A DNA stretch of 64,000 nucleotides, taken from a virus. Positions 1 to 10,143 of this stretch are shown here, one piece after another; position 1 is the first letter of the stretch; every line of letters begins with the position of its first letter. The stretch covers positions 1 through 64,000 of IMG/VR virus record IMGVR_UViG_3300034418_011473; one strand, given 5' to 3'. Below the pieces are notes generated by a model, which was not told where the DNA came from, searched no databases, and saw only the letters and a list, made by a program, of their open reading frames with translations. A program made the position numbers and the translations under genes.

Positions 1-20
1 TAGATTAAAAAAGGATTATA

Positions 21-431
21 ATGATAAAGTATCTAAAATTAATGGTATGTCTCACAATGAGCTTACCACTTTTTTCTCAAACCGCTACGGATACTGATTC
101 TTTAATTAGTATTCCTACAGGTTATGCTCGTCAAATTGCTGGTGAGCTTACTTTATATGATTTTTGCAAACAAGAAAGGGATTCATTAAAAGTAGAAATT
201 AATGATTTAAACTCTACTATATCTCTAAACCAGGTTTTACTAGAAGAATATAAACTTACCACCGACTCCTTATTTAAGGTGAATAAAGAAATTCTTAATC
301 AAACTTCTGCTTTACAGGTAGAAGTTACAAACAAAGAAGAAAAAATTACTAAATTAAGAAATACCCGTAATTTTACATTTTTAACTACTATTTTAACGGC
401 TGTGCTTCCTGTTATATTAAAAAGTGAGTGA
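21..431 (+). CDS. hypothetical exported/membrane coiled-coil protein
   Basis: Signal-peptide-like N-terminus, heptad-rich middle, hydrophobic C-terminal segment; overlaps the terminase start. Confidence 0.55.
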   Translation: MIKYLKLMVCLTMSLPLFSQTATDTDSLISIPTGYARQIAGELTLYDFCKQERDSLKVEINDLNSTISLNQVLLEEYKLTTDSLFKVNKEILNQTSALQVEVTNKEEKITKLRNTRNFTFLTTILTAVLPVILKSE

Positions 432-1995
432 TTTAAAACAAATAATAAGGCAAGAATATTTAAAGTGTGCTCAAGATCCTGTACACTTTATGAAAAAATA
501 CTGTATGATTCAACATCCACAAAGGGGTAGAATCAACTTTCATTTATATCCTTTCCAAGAAAAAGTTTTACACTTATTCCAAGATAATCCTTATTCAATT
601 ATACTTAAGTCTCGTCAGTTAGGTATATCTACTTTATCAGCAGGATATTCCTTATGGTTAATGATTTTCCATAAGGATAAAAATATACTTTGTATAGCTA
701 CTAAACAGGAAACTGCTAAAAATATGGTTACAAAGGTTAAATTTATGTATGAAAATTTACCTTCGTGGCTTAAAGTAGATTATGAAGAAAATAATAAACT
801 AACTCTTCGATTAGCAAACGGCTCCCAAATCAAAGCAACTTCAGCATCAAGTGATGCAGGTAGATCCGAAGCAGTTTCTCTTCTACTAATTGATGAGGCT
901 GCTTTTATTGAAAATATTGGTGAGATATGGGCTTCAGCTCAACAAACCCTTGCTACTGGGGGTGGGTGTATAGCACTATCTACTCCTTACGGTACAGGTA
1001 ATTGGTTCCATCAAACATGGGTTAGAGCTGAAGCTAATGAAAACGAATTTTTACCCATTAAATTGCCTTGGTTTGTTCACCCTGAACGAGACCAAACATG
1101 GAGAGATAGGCAAGATGAATTACTAGGAGACCCTAGAATGGCAGCACAAGAATGTGACTGTGATTTTAGCACTTCGGGCGATATAGTATTCTACCCAGAA
1201 TATATTGAATTTATAGAAAAATCAACAGTAAGAGAACCACTTGAAAGACGAGGAGTAGATCAAAATTTATGGATTTGGGAACCTGCTGATTATACTAGAC
1301 AATATCTAATATCAGCTGACGTAGCTAGAGGGGATGGTAAAGATTATTCTGCATTTCATATTTTTGATTTAGTAAATGCCACCCAAGTAGGTGAATATAA
1401 AGGACAAGTATCAACCAAAGATTTTGGTAATATACTTACAGCAATAGCAACTGAATACAATAATGCTTTGTTAGTAGTAGAAAATGCTAATATAGGGTGG
1501 AGTACTATTCAAACTATAATTGAACGTAATTATCCTAATCTTTATTATTCACCTAAATCAGACGCAGTAAGTGTAGATTCATACCTACAGAATTATGAAA
1601 ATAATTCAAGTATGACTGCAGGATTTACAATGTCAACTAGGACTCGTCCTATGGTCATTGGTAAATTTCAAGAATATGTTGCTGATAAAGGAGTTACTAT
1701 TCAATCAAAACGTTTAGTAGAAGAGATGAAAACGTTTATTTGGAAACATGGTAGAGCAGAAGCTCAAACGGGTTATAATGATGATTTAGTAATGAGCTTT
1801 GGTATCGGCTTATATGTACGAGATACTGCACTTAAATTTAGACAACACGGAGTAGATGTCACAAAAGCAGCTTTAGGTTCTTTTCATAAAACAACAACTA
1901 ATTACCAAGGAGCTTATTTCTCTACAGGACAAGATAATCCTTACCATATGGATAATGGAAAAGGAGGAACTGAGGACTTTAGTTGGCTTTTGTAA
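424..1995 (+). CDS. terL: terminase large subunit (T4 gp17-like)
   Basis: ILKSRQLGIST Walker A, LLLIDEAAF Walker B, STPYG coupling motif, ISADVARG...DYS and NDDLVM nuclease motifs; GTG start. Confidence 0.95.
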   Translation: MSDLKQIIRQEYLKCAQDPVHFMKKYCMIQHPQRGRINFHLYPFQEKVLHLFQDNPYSIILKSRQLGISTLSAGYSLWLMIFHKDKNILCIATKQETAKNMVTKVKFMYENLPSWLKVDYEENNKLTLRLANGSQIKATSASSDAGRSEAVSLLLIDEAAFIENIGEIWASAQQTLATGGGCIALSTPYGTGNWFHQTWVRAEANENEFLPIKLPWFVHPERDQTWRDRQDELLGDPRMAAQECDCDFSTSGDIVFYPEYIEFIEKSTVREPLERRGVDQNLWIWEPADYTRQYLISADVARGDGKDYSAFHIFDLVNATQVGEYKGQVSTKDFGNILTAIATEYNNALLVVENANIGWSTIQTIIERNYPNLYYSPKSDAVSVDSYLQNYENNSSMTAGFTMSTRTRPMVIGKFQEYVADKGVTIQSKRLVEEMKTFIWKHGRAEAQTGYNDDLVMSFGIGLYVRDTALKFRQHGVDVTKAALGSFHKTTTNYQGAYFSTGQDNPYHMDNGKGGTEDFSWLL

Positions 1996-2002
1996 TATTT
2001 AT
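1995..2002 (+). promoter_or_regulatory. ATATTTAT late-promoter-like motif before portal
   Basis: One of 17 exact intergenic copies located upstream of starts. Confidence 0.6.
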
Positions 2003-2019
2003 TCATATATTAATATACT

Positions 2020-3924
2020 ATGGCTGATACTAGCGTATTTACAAGACTAAAAAGATTATTTTCTACGGATGTATTAATTCGTAATGTTGGCGGTAACAAG
2101 CTTAAAGTATTAGACTTTAGTAACTACCAACAAACTGGACAAGTTGAAACCAATTCAATGGTTGATAGGTATAATCGTTTATATACTACTAACCAAGCCC
2201 CCATATACAATCCAGCATTAAATTATCAAACTTTAAGAACCCAATTATATTCTGATTATGAAGCAATGGATACTGATGCTATCATTGCTTCCTCTTTAGA
2301 TATATTAGCTGATGAATCTACCCTTAAAAATGCTATGGGTGAGGTTCTCCAAATTAAATCCCCAGACGAAAATTTACAGAAAATTCTATACAATCTTTTT
2401 TATGATGTTTTAAATATAGAATTTAATCTTTGGATGTGGATTCGCCAAATGTGTAAGTATGGTGATTTTTTCCTAAAGTTAGAAATTGCAGATCAGTTTG
2501 GTGTTTATAATGTAATCCCTTACACTGCATATAATATTGTTAGAGAAGAAAAAATTAGTGAATCTAACAACCATCAAGTAGAAGTTAAATTTAAATTTGA
2601 CCCTGATGGTTTAAGTGGAGGTGGAGAATATGGTGGTTATTTTGGCGGTTTGCAAAGTGCAGGAGGTAATACAAAAAGTAGAGCTATCTATTTTGACAAC
2701 TATGAAATCGCTCACTTTAGACTTTTATCAGATGTAAATTATCTTCCATATGGTAGAAGTTATATAGAACCCGCACGTAAATTATTTAAACAATATGTGT
2801 TAATGGAGGATGCTATGTTGGTACACAGAATTGTACGTGCTCCTGAAAAGCGTATTTTTTATATAAATGTAGGTGCTATCCCACCTGCTGAGGTAGAAAA
2901 CTTTATGCAAAAGACTATCTCAAAAATGAAACGTACTCCTTATGTTGACCAACAGACGGGAGATTACAACTTAAAATATAATATGCAAAACCTCTTAGAA
3001 GATTTTTATATCCCACTTAGAGGTAATGATGCTTCAACTAAAATAGAAACAACACCTGGCTTACAGTATGATGGTATAACAGATGTTGAATACTTAAGAG
3101 ATAAATTATTTGCGGCATTAAAAGTTCCCAAGGCATTCCTAGGATATGCTGAAGATGTAGAAGGTAAAGCTACATTAGCTTCTATGGACATTAGATTTGC
3201 TCGTACAGTAGAACGCATCCAACGAATTATCCTCTCAGAATTATACAAAATTGCGGTTGTACACCTTTATACACAAGGGTATGATGGTGATGATTTGGTT
3301 AATTTCGAACTTAATTTAACTACTCCTTCAATTATCTATGACCAAGAAAGAGTAGTATTAATGAAAGAAAAGATGGAATTGGCTACTCAAATGATGGAGT
3401 CTAAATTATTCCCTTCTGACTTTGTTTACGATCATATCTTCCACTTTAGTGAAGATGAATATACTGAATTTAGAGATTTAGTTAATGAGGATGCTAAACG
3501 TACATTCCGCAATACTCAAATTGAATCTGAAGGAAATGATCCACAAGAAACAGGACAATCATATGGTACCCCACATGATTTAGCTTCATTATATGGTAAA
3601 GGTAGATACTATGACGAACCAGACAATGTGCCTGCTGGATATGATGAAAAATTAGGACGTCCTGAAGAAAAAGTTTCTAATATTAATACACAAGATAGTA
3701 ACTTTGGTAAAGATAGATTGGGTGCAAAACGAATGAAGGATACTGATAAAAATGATTCTGATTCAATACGTCCTACATATAAAGGAGGTTCTCCTATGGC
3801 TTTAGAAGCTAAAACCACTTATTTACAAAATAAAGATATGCTTAAAAGGATTCCAATAAATCGCAAACAGCTAGTATTTGAGCAAGATGAGTCGCTATTA
3901 GATGAAGGTAATTTAAAGGAATAA
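2020..3924 (+). CDS. gp20: portal protein (T4 gp20-like)
   Basis: MEDAMLVHRIVRAPEKRIFYINVG, EDFYIP and YLRDKLFAALKVPK motifs; follows terminase. Confidence 0.93.
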   Translation: MADTSVFTRLKRLFSTDVLIRNVGGNKLKVLDFSNYQQTGQVETNSMVDRYNRLYTTNQAPIYNPALNYQTLRTQLYSDYEAMDTDAIIASSLDILADESTLKNAMGEVLQIKSPDENLQKILYNLFYDVLNIEFNLWMWIRQMCKYGDFFLKLEIADQFGVYNVIPYTAYNIVREEKISESNNHQVEVKFKFDPDGLSGGGEYGGYFGGLQSAGGNTKSRAIYFDNYEIAHFRLLSDVNYLPYGRSYIEPARKLFKQYVLMEDAMLVHRIVRAPEKRIFYINVGAIPPAEVENFMQKTISKMKRTPYVDQQTGDYNLKYNMQNLLEDFYIPLRGNDASTKIETTPGLQYDGITDVEYLRDKLFAALKVPKAFLGYAEDVEGKATLASMDIRFARTVERIQRIILSELYKIAVVHLYTQGYDGDDLVNFELNLTTPSIIYDQERVVLMKEKMELATQMMESKLFPSDFVYDHIFHFSEDEYTEFRDLVNEDAKRTFRNTQIESEGNDPQETGQSYGTPHDLASLYGKGRYYDEPDNVPAGYDEKLGRPEEKVSNINTQDSNFGKDRLGAKRMKDTDKNDSDSIRPTYKGGSPMALEAKTTYLQNKDMLKRIPINRKQLVFEQDESLLDEGNLKE

Positions 3925-3934
3925 GAAATTTTAT

Positions 3935-3942
3935 ATATTTAT
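3935..3942 (+). promoter_or_regulatory. ATATTTAT motif
   Basis: 14 nt upstream of ATG 3957. Confidence 0.6.
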
Positions 3943-3956
3943 AAAAAAGCCTATCA

Positions 3957-4814
3957 ATGAGAATCAAACATTCTAAGTATAAAAATACGGGCCTTTTATT
4001 TGAGCTTTTAGTAAGACAAATAACTGCTGACACTTTGTCTAGTGGTGAGTCTGCTTCTCTTAATATTTTAAAAAAAGCATTTGCTAAAACTGAATTAGGG
4101 AAGGAATATAAACTATACGAATCATTATTTAAGAATAAGAATTTAAGTGAAGGTAAAGCAGATATTACCTTAAATACTATATTAGAAGCAACTCGTAAAT
4201 TAAATAGAAGTGCCTTAAGAAGGGAAAAATATAATCTAATTAACGAAATCCGTAAACATTATAATTTAGAGGAATTTTTTAAACACCAAGTTCCTAACTA
4301 TAAGGGATATGCTTCTTTCTATAAACTAATAGAAATTTACAATTCAGATAAATTATCTGAAACCGATGAAATTATTTCTAATAAGGTAACAATATTAGAA
4401 TACCTTACGGAACGTCCTATTAGTGAAAAGAAAGTAAAACAGGATTTAGTAGAGGAATTTAGTAAGTACGATAAGGATTTAAGAATTCTTACTTACAAAG
4501 TAATGCTTGAAAAATTTAATGGTAAGTATTCTAATTTAAACAAAGGTCAAAAAGAAATACTTAAAGAATTTATCAATTCAATTGATAATACCCCTCGTTT
4601 AAAGGAAATTTACAACACTAAAATTGTTGAAGTAAAAAATACTTTAACTTTACAAGCCAAAAAAGTAAAAGACGAAGCTACTAAAATTAAATTATTAGAA
4701 GTAGTTAAATTACTTAAAGAATTAGATAAAGGTTCTAAAATTAATAACGATGATTTAATTAATCTTCTTCAATATTATTCTTTAACTGAAGAAGTAGCTA
4801 AAGTAATTAAATAA
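3957..4814 (+). CDS. head-cluster hypothetical protein
   Basis: Long ORF between portal and protease, helical and Lys/Glu-rich. Confidence 0.7.
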   Translation: MRIKHSKYKNTGLLFELLVRQITADTLSSGESASLNILKKAFAKTELGKEYKLYESLFKNKNLSEGKADITLNTILEATRKLNRSALRREKYNLINEIRKHYNLEEFFKHQVPNYKGYASFYKLIEIYNSDKLSETDEIISNKVTILEYLTERPISEKKVKQDLVEEFSKYDKDLRILTYKVMLEKFNGKYSNLNKGQKEILKEFINSIDNTPRLKEIYNTKIVEVKNTLTLQAKKVKDEATKIKLLEVVKLLKELDKGSKINNDDLINLLQYYSLTEEVAKVIK

Positions 4815-5350
4815 TGGCACAAACTATCAAACCTAAAGATTTAAACCCAGATTTTATTAAAAAAATTGAAGATACTTACGGAAAGGTTGATATGAAAAAT
4901 GATTTTTTTAGCCCCGATTTATCAACTTATTATAAAACAAATCCTAGTCTAAAAAAACCAGGTAGTGAAAGAACAGGAACTTGGCAGGACGTTATAGATC
5001 TCCCTACTTTTAATAAATTATTTTCGGATTTAGGTAATGCTAGAAATACTGCTAAAGGTTTAAAAACTAAAAAAGAATTAAGAAACGATACTGAGTTTCA
5101 AGCCCAAGCAGATAATGTAATAGATACTTTTAATTCATTTAGAACGTTCTTTAGAACAAATTATCCTGATCAGTATGCTATGGCTAAAAGAACAGTAAAA
5201 GAAACTATGGGTATGGCTTATAATACCCCTTACGCATTTGGTAAGGCTAATACCTCACAATATACATCAATAGGTTATAAACCAGTTAATCAAAAAGCTC
5301 TTAGAAAGAAATCTAAGGGGATGGATTATGTAGATTTATACAAAGATTAA
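4814..5350 (+). CDS. hypothetical protein (head cluster)
   Basis: TAATG stop/start overlap with the upstream gene. Confidence 0.65.
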   Translation: MAQTIKPKDLNPDFIKKIEDTYGKVDMKNDFFSPDLSTYYKTNPSLKKPGSERTGTWQDVIDLPTFNKLFSDLGNARNTAKGLKTKKELRNDTEFQAQADNVIDTFNSFRTFFRTNYPDQYAMAKRTVKETMGMAYNTPYAFGKANTSQYTSIGYKPVNQKALRKKSKGMDYVDLYKD

Positions 5351-5357
5351 TATTTAT
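5350..5357 (+). promoter_or_regulatory. ATATTTAT motif
   Basis: 4 nt upstream of ATG 5362. Confidence 0.55.
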
Positions 5358-5361
5358 TAAT

Positions 5362-6606
5362 ATGACAAGCGAAATTATATATAAATTCCAAGAATTTTTA
5401 GCTGAAGCAGCTAAAGCAGAAGAAAAGAAGACTACTAAAGAAGTCAATGAAAAAGAAACTGCTGGCTACGATTATAAAGACAAAAAGAATCTAAACAACC
5501 AAATCTTTGACCAGTATATTAATGGTTTAAGGGTTGAAATGGAAAAAGATCCTAAATTAACTATAGATGAAGCAAGAGAAGTAGTAGCTAAAAATTTAGA
5601 AAAAGATCCTATTTTTTATACTAAAAATGCTGCTTTTAAAGTAGATGGTTTAGGATACGAAGAATTAAAACAACAAGAAGAACCTAAGGGTAAATATAAA
5701 TCCTCCGGCTACGGAGACTTAAAAGAAAATGATATGAAAGAATTAAATAATTTTAAAAATTTTTTATTAACAGAAGAAGAATTCCAAGTTGATCCTAAAA
5801 AACATCCCTATGTAAATGTTGAATACGAAATGGAGGATGGAAAATTAGCCCAAGTTGTTAAAGTTAAAGGTAATGATTTAATTTTTCAAGCAATGCAAGG
5901 TGGGAAGACTTATTATATGTCCAAACCAACCTTCGATCAGGATCTTAAAAAGGGGTCAATTAAAGTTAACCCTGAAGATATAAAAAAAAGTCTCAATGGT
6001 AACCCTAAATCTGCCCTTGATACACCCAATTTTGTATGGAGTGGTTTTAAAGAACCAAAACTATCAGAATCTACTACTTCAGATAAATTAAAAGAATTAT
6101 TAGAAGAAGCTGTAGCTGGTATTCCCTCTATTGGAAATCCTTTTGCTAATCGTAAAAAAGAAGCTTATGAAAATAGCTTTGAAGCCTTTTTAGCAGAAGA
6201 AAATAAAGGAACTATTAATGACCCTAAAGGCTCTACAGCCCACGGTAACATTGCTGAAGAAGATGATATGAAAGAAGGTGAAGCTGCTTATGAATATGAA
6301 AAAGGCAAATCAGCAGGTGAAAAGGAAGAAAAGAAAAAAATGAAAAAGGAAGGCAGAATGAAAATGTCTGAAGTCCTTAAAGAAGCAGAGCGTTTAGGTG
6401 AGATTGCTCGTAAAAAAGTAGAATCTAAAATTTACGAAAGAGCAATCGAAGAAAGAAAAAGAGCAATGTCCATCAACGAAGATGAATCTCTCTCAGAATT
6501 CATTAATCAGGAAGCTATTAAAGAAGTTGAAAAAGAAATCAAGGAATTAGAAAAAAAGTTGATGGAAGTAATAGCTGATAAAAATACTATGACTGGAGGA
6601 AAATGA
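5362..6606 (+). CDS. putative internal head/prohead core protein
   Basis: Highly charged, many L/I-x-E sites, directly upstream of the prohead protease. Confidence 0.5.
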   Translation: MTSEIIYKFQEFLAEAAKAEEKKTTKEVNEKETAGYDYKDKKNLNNQIFDQYINGLRVEMEKDPKLTIDEAREVVAKNLEKDPIFYTKNAAFKVDGLGYEELKQQEEPKGKYKSSGYGDLKENDMKELNNFKNFLLTEEEFQVDPKKHPYVNVEYEMEDGKLAQVVKVKGNDLIFQAMQGGKTYYMSKPTFDQDLKKGSIKVNPEDIKKSLNGNPKSALDTPNFVWSGFKEPKLSESTTSDKLKELLEEAVAGIPSIGNPFANRKKEAYENSFEAFLAEENKGTINDPKGSTAHGNIAEEDDMKEGEAAYEYEKGKSAGEKEEKKKMKKEGRMKMSEVLKEAERLGEIARKKVESKIYERAIEERKRAMSINEDESLSEFINQEAIKEVEKEIKELEKKLMEVIADKNTMTGGK

Positions 6607-7220
6607 GACAAACCCTCATAGATACTCAACTTTTTAGGCTTTCACCTCAAGCAATTACCGAAGCGGTTAAGACCGAAAATGGTAACTTAATTGTTGAGGG
6701 TAAATTACAATCTGCTGAAACTCAAAACGGTAATGGTAGATCTTACCCTAAAGAAATTTTAGCTAGAGAAGTTGAAAACTATAAAAAAGGCCCAATAGCA
6801 GAAAATAGAGCATTAGGTGAATTAGACCATCCTGATTCTTCTATTATTAATCTCAAAAATGTTTCACATAATATTAAAGACGTTTGGTGGGATGGGGATC
6901 ACGTAATGGGTAAAATTGAAATATTACCAACCCCCTCAGGCAACATATTAAAAGAGTTATTTAAAAACGGAATTACAGTAGGTGTATCTTCTAGAGGAAT
7001 GGGTAGTTTAAAACCTGGTTCTAATGGAGTACAAGAAGTACAAGATGATTTCGAATTGTTATGTTGGGATTTTGTATCAACCCCTTCTACACCAGGTGCT
7101 TATGTTCATCCTATAAGCGAAGGATTAGATTCTTCTGCTACGGTTACTAATGAGTACTATAAAATAAACGAAATAATTACTGAAATATTATGTAACAACG
7201 GACAGTGTCCAATTATATAA
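6603..7220 (+). CDS. gp21: prohead protease (T4 gp21-like)
   Basis: NGNGRSYP, ALGELDHP, VGVSSRGMGS and WDFVSTPS motifs. Confidence 0.93.
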   Translation: MRQTLIDTQLFRLSPQAITEAVKTENGNLIVEGKLQSAETQNGNGRSYPKEILAREVENYKKGPIAENRALGELDHPDSSIINLKNVSHNIKDVWWDGDHVMGKIEILPTPSGNILKELFKNGITVGVSSRGMGSLKPGSNGVQEVQDDFELLCWDFVSTPSTPGAYVHPISEGLDSSATVTNEYYKINEIITEILCNNGQCPII

Positions 7221-7246
7221 AACTTACCCCCTCGGTGTAAAGGAAG

Positions 7247-7279
7247 GAGAGATGCAAAAAATTGCATCTCTCTTTTTTT
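7247..7279 (+). terminator. intrinsic terminator
   Basis: 11-bp stem GAGAGATGCAA-AAAA-TTGCATCTCTC followed by T7. Confidence 0.85.
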
Positions 7280-7283
7280 CTAT

Positions 7284-7291
7284 ATATTTAT
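7284..7291 (+). promoter_or_regulatory. ATATTTAT motif ahead of scaffold/capsid
   Basis: Immediately after the terminator, 100 nt before ATG 7392. Confidence 0.6.
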
Positions 7292-7391
7292 CGCAAGAAT
7301 GTGTCGTCAGTCTATACGGTACTTTAATTATTATTAATCACTATTACGCTTTTACAGAATAAGCGTACTTTCCCAAAAAAATTTAGGAACA

Positions 7392-8381
7392 ATGGCAAAC
7401 AGAGATTTGTTAGCAGACGCTATTGCTGATGCAAAAGCAGTCAAAGAAGTCGCTATCGCTAATGCGAAAGCCGCTTTAGAAGAAGCTTTCACACCTCATC
7501 TTAAGGACATGCTTGCTCAAAAAATCAATGAAATGGAAGATATGGACGAAGAGTTAGATCTTACAGAAGTTGATAAAGACAAGATGGATGAAGAGAAGGA
7601 GATGGATGAAGGTTATGGTAAGGAATCCATGGATGAAATGGAAGACATGGATGAAGAACTCGATTTAGATGAAATTCTAGCCGAGTTAGAACTCGAAGAG
7701 GGTGAAGAAATCGACGAAGTCGAGGAAATGGATGAAGCTAAGGACGAAATGGACGAAGCTGAAGACATGGACGAAGCTGAAGAAGAAATCAACCTCGAAG
7801 ATATGAGTGAAGAAGAGTTAAAAGACATGATCGAAGATGTTATCGAAGACATGGTTGCTTCTGGTGAACTCGAAGCTGGTGGAGACCCCGTTGAAATGGT
7901 AGATGATGAAGAGGAAGAAGAAGAAGGAGGAGAAGAAATGGAAATGGATGTCGAAGCAAGTGAAGAAGAAGTTGAATTAGAAGAAGAAAAAGTTGATGAA
8001 GAAAAAGAAAAGATGGAAGAGGAATTAGCAGAAGCTAAAGCTGCTATTAGACAATTACGTTCTGATCTTAATGAAGTTAACTTACTTAACTCTAAATTAC
8101 TCTACACTAACAAGATTTTCAGAGGTAAAAACCTCACAGAAAATCAGAAAATTAAAGTTTTGAAGGCTTTTGATAAGGCCGAAACAGTAAAAGAAGCTAA
8201 ATCTATCTTTGAAACTCTTAATGAAAACTTAGTTGCTAAGTCTACTAAGTCTAACATTAGAGAATCATTTGGTATGGCTTCTAAGCCTGCGGGCGTTGCT
8301 CCAAAGCGTAATTTGAATGAAGGTATTGTTCAAGAAGATGCTATGGTAGCACGCTTTAAAAAATTAGCAGGTATTAATTAA
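7392..8381 (+). CDS. prohead scaffold/core protein (gp22-like)
   Basis: Very acidic coiled-coil protein between protease and capsid; ends RFKKLAGI. Confidence 0.8.
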   Translation: MANRDLLADAIADAKAVKEVAIANAKAALEEAFTPHLKDMLAQKINEMEDMDEELDLTEVDKDKMDEEKEMDEGYGKESMDEMEDMDEELDLDEILAELELEEGEEIDEVEEMDEAKDEMDEAEDMDEAEEEINLEDMSEEELKDMIEDVIEDMVASGELEAGGDPVEMVDDEEEEEEGGEEMEMDVEASEEEVELEEEKVDEEKEKMEEELAEAKAAIRQLRSDLNEVNLLNSKLLYTNKIFRGKNLTENQKIKVLKAFDKAETVKEAKSIFETLNENLVAKSTKSNIRESFGMASKPAGVAPKRNLNEGIVQEDAMVARFKKLAGIN

Positions 8382-8406
8382 TTTTTAACTTTAAAAACAA
8401 AACAAA

Positions 8407-10038
8407 ATGTCAAACTTAAATTCTCTTTTAGAGAGCGCTAACCAGTGGAAGTCAGTACAATCTGACGCTGCTAAGTTAGCCAATAAGTGGTCAAGAACAG
8501 GTTTGTTGGAAGGTCTTTCTTCTGAGATGGACAAGAACAACATGTCTTTGATCCTTGAAAACCAAGCGAAACAACTCGTAGTTGAGACTTCTCAAACTGG
8601 TGGTGGAATCGCTTCTACTGGTAATTTCCAAACTGGTACTGGTGAACAGTGGGCTGGTATTGCTTTACCCCTCGTAAGAAAGGTATTTGGTCAAATTGCA
8701 GCGAAAGATTTCGTTAGCGTTCAACCAATGAGCTTACCTTCAGGTCTCGTTTTCTTCCTTGATTTCCAGTATGGTACTGAAAAATTAGGTGGAAAATTCA
8801 CTGCAGGTGATGATGTATTCGGTGCAGGTTCTATGTACGGTGTTACTGATACTACTTCTGCTCCAACCGATGGTTTATATGGTGCTGGTAAGTGGACTTA
8901 CTCTACAAACGTTACCCAATCTGGTGTTACTCCAAGCGCAATCGCTTCAGGATCTTGGGTTGAAGTAGGATACGATGCTGCTTTATCATCTTCTGTTGCG
9001 GGTCAACCAACTACTGCAACTTTGAAAAAACTCACTATTGCTGCTTCTTCATTTAACAACCCAGATTTGGCAGGTGTTAGAGGCTTCTCAGTTTCTGGTT
9101 CAAATGTAACTTCAAACGTTGCTGCTTATAACGTTGTTGATGGTACTAACGTAGTATTGTTTGTTCAAGGTACAGCTGGTGTTGACCCTTCAGGATTAGT
9201 TGTTACTTACGTACAACAACCAACTGATCAATACAGAGGTGACTTCGAAGATGGTAATACGGCATTAAACGGTGAAAACAACCCAATCGACATCCCAGAA
9301 ATCAACATCAAGATGAAGTCTGAAGCAATCGTTGCTAAGACTAAAAAGCTCAAAGCTGTATGGACTCCTGAGTTCGCACAAGATTTGAATGCTTACCACA
9401 GCTTGGATGCTGAGGCTGAGTTGACTTCAATCATGAGTGAGTACATCGCTCTTGAGATTGACTTGGAAATCTTGGGTATGTTGGTTGAAAATGCCTTGAC
9501 TACTGAATACTGGTCAGCTAGAAACAACGAACAATTTGATGCTAATGGTGCAGTAGATAACGGTACTTTCTACAACACTCAAGGTCAGTGGTTCCAAACC
9601 CTCGGTACTAAAATCAACAAGGTATCTAACAAGATCCACCAGTTGACTTTAAGAGGAGGTGCTAACTTCATGGTATGCTCACCAACAATCGGTACTATCT
9701 TGGAATCAATCCCAGGATTTGCTGCTGCTGATGGTGCTGATGCTGAAACTATGAACTATGCATTCGGCATCCAGAAAGTTGGTAACTTGAATGCTAAGTA
9801 TGAAGTTTACAAGAACCCATACATGACTGAAAACACTATTTTGTTAGGCTTCAGAGGTTCACAATTCTTGGAAACAGGTGCTACTTTCGCTCCTTACATT
9901 CCATTGATCATGACTCCTCTCGTATACGATCCAACGACCTTCACTCCAAGAAAAGGTCTCTTGACTCGTTACGCTAAGAAGATGTTGAGACCTGAATACT
10001 ACGCTAAGATTTACGTAGCAGGTTTGAACACTATCTAA
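8407..10038 (+). CDS. gp23: major capsid protein (T4 gp23-like)
   Basis: SVQPMSLPSGLVF, KLKAVWTPEFAQDL..YH..DAEAEL, FAPYIPL, DPTTFTPRKGLLTRY. Confidence 0.96.
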   Translation: MSNLNSLLESANQWKSVQSDAAKLANKWSRTGLLEGLSSEMDKNNMSLILENQAKQLVVETSQTGGGIASTGNFQTGTGEQWAGIALPLVRKVFGQIAAKDFVSVQPMSLPSGLVFFLDFQYGTEKLGGKFTAGDDVFGAGSMYGVTDTTSAPTDGLYGAGKWTYSTNVTQSGVTPSAIASGSWVEVGYDAALSSSVAGQPTTATLKKLTIAASSFNNPDLAGVRGFSVSGSNVTSNVAAYNVVDGTNVVLFVQGTAGVDPSGLVVTYVQQPTDQYRGDFEDGNTALNGENNPIDIPEINIKMKSEAIVAKTKKLKAVWTPEFAQDLNAYHSLDAEAELTSIMSEYIALEIDLEILGMLVENALTTEYWSARNNEQFDANGAVDNGTFYNTQGQWFQTLGTKINKVSNKIHQLTLRGGANFMVCSPTIGTILESIPGFAAADGADAETMNYAFGIQKVGNLNAKYEVYKNPYMTENTILLGFRGSQFLETGATFAPYIPLIMTPLVYDPTTFTPRKGLLTRYAKKMLRPEYYAKIYVAGLNTI

Positions 10039-10063
10039 TATAGAGTTTAGAATATACTAAGAG

Positions 10064-10090
10064 AAAGCCCCACTTCGGTGGGGCTTTTTT
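10064..10090 (+). terminator. intrinsic terminator with cUUCGg tetraloop
   Basis: AAAGCCCCAC-TTCG-GTGGGGCTTT followed by a T-run. Confidence 0.92.
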
Positions 10091-10109
10091 ATTCTCTAGT
10101 AAGTATACT

Positions 10110-10117
10110 ATATTTAT
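10110..10117 (+). promoter_or_regulatory. ATATTTAT motif
   Basis: After the capsid terminator, 26 nt before ATG 10144. Confidence 0.6.
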
Positions 10118-10143
10118 AGCAAACAAATAAAAGTATATATTAA

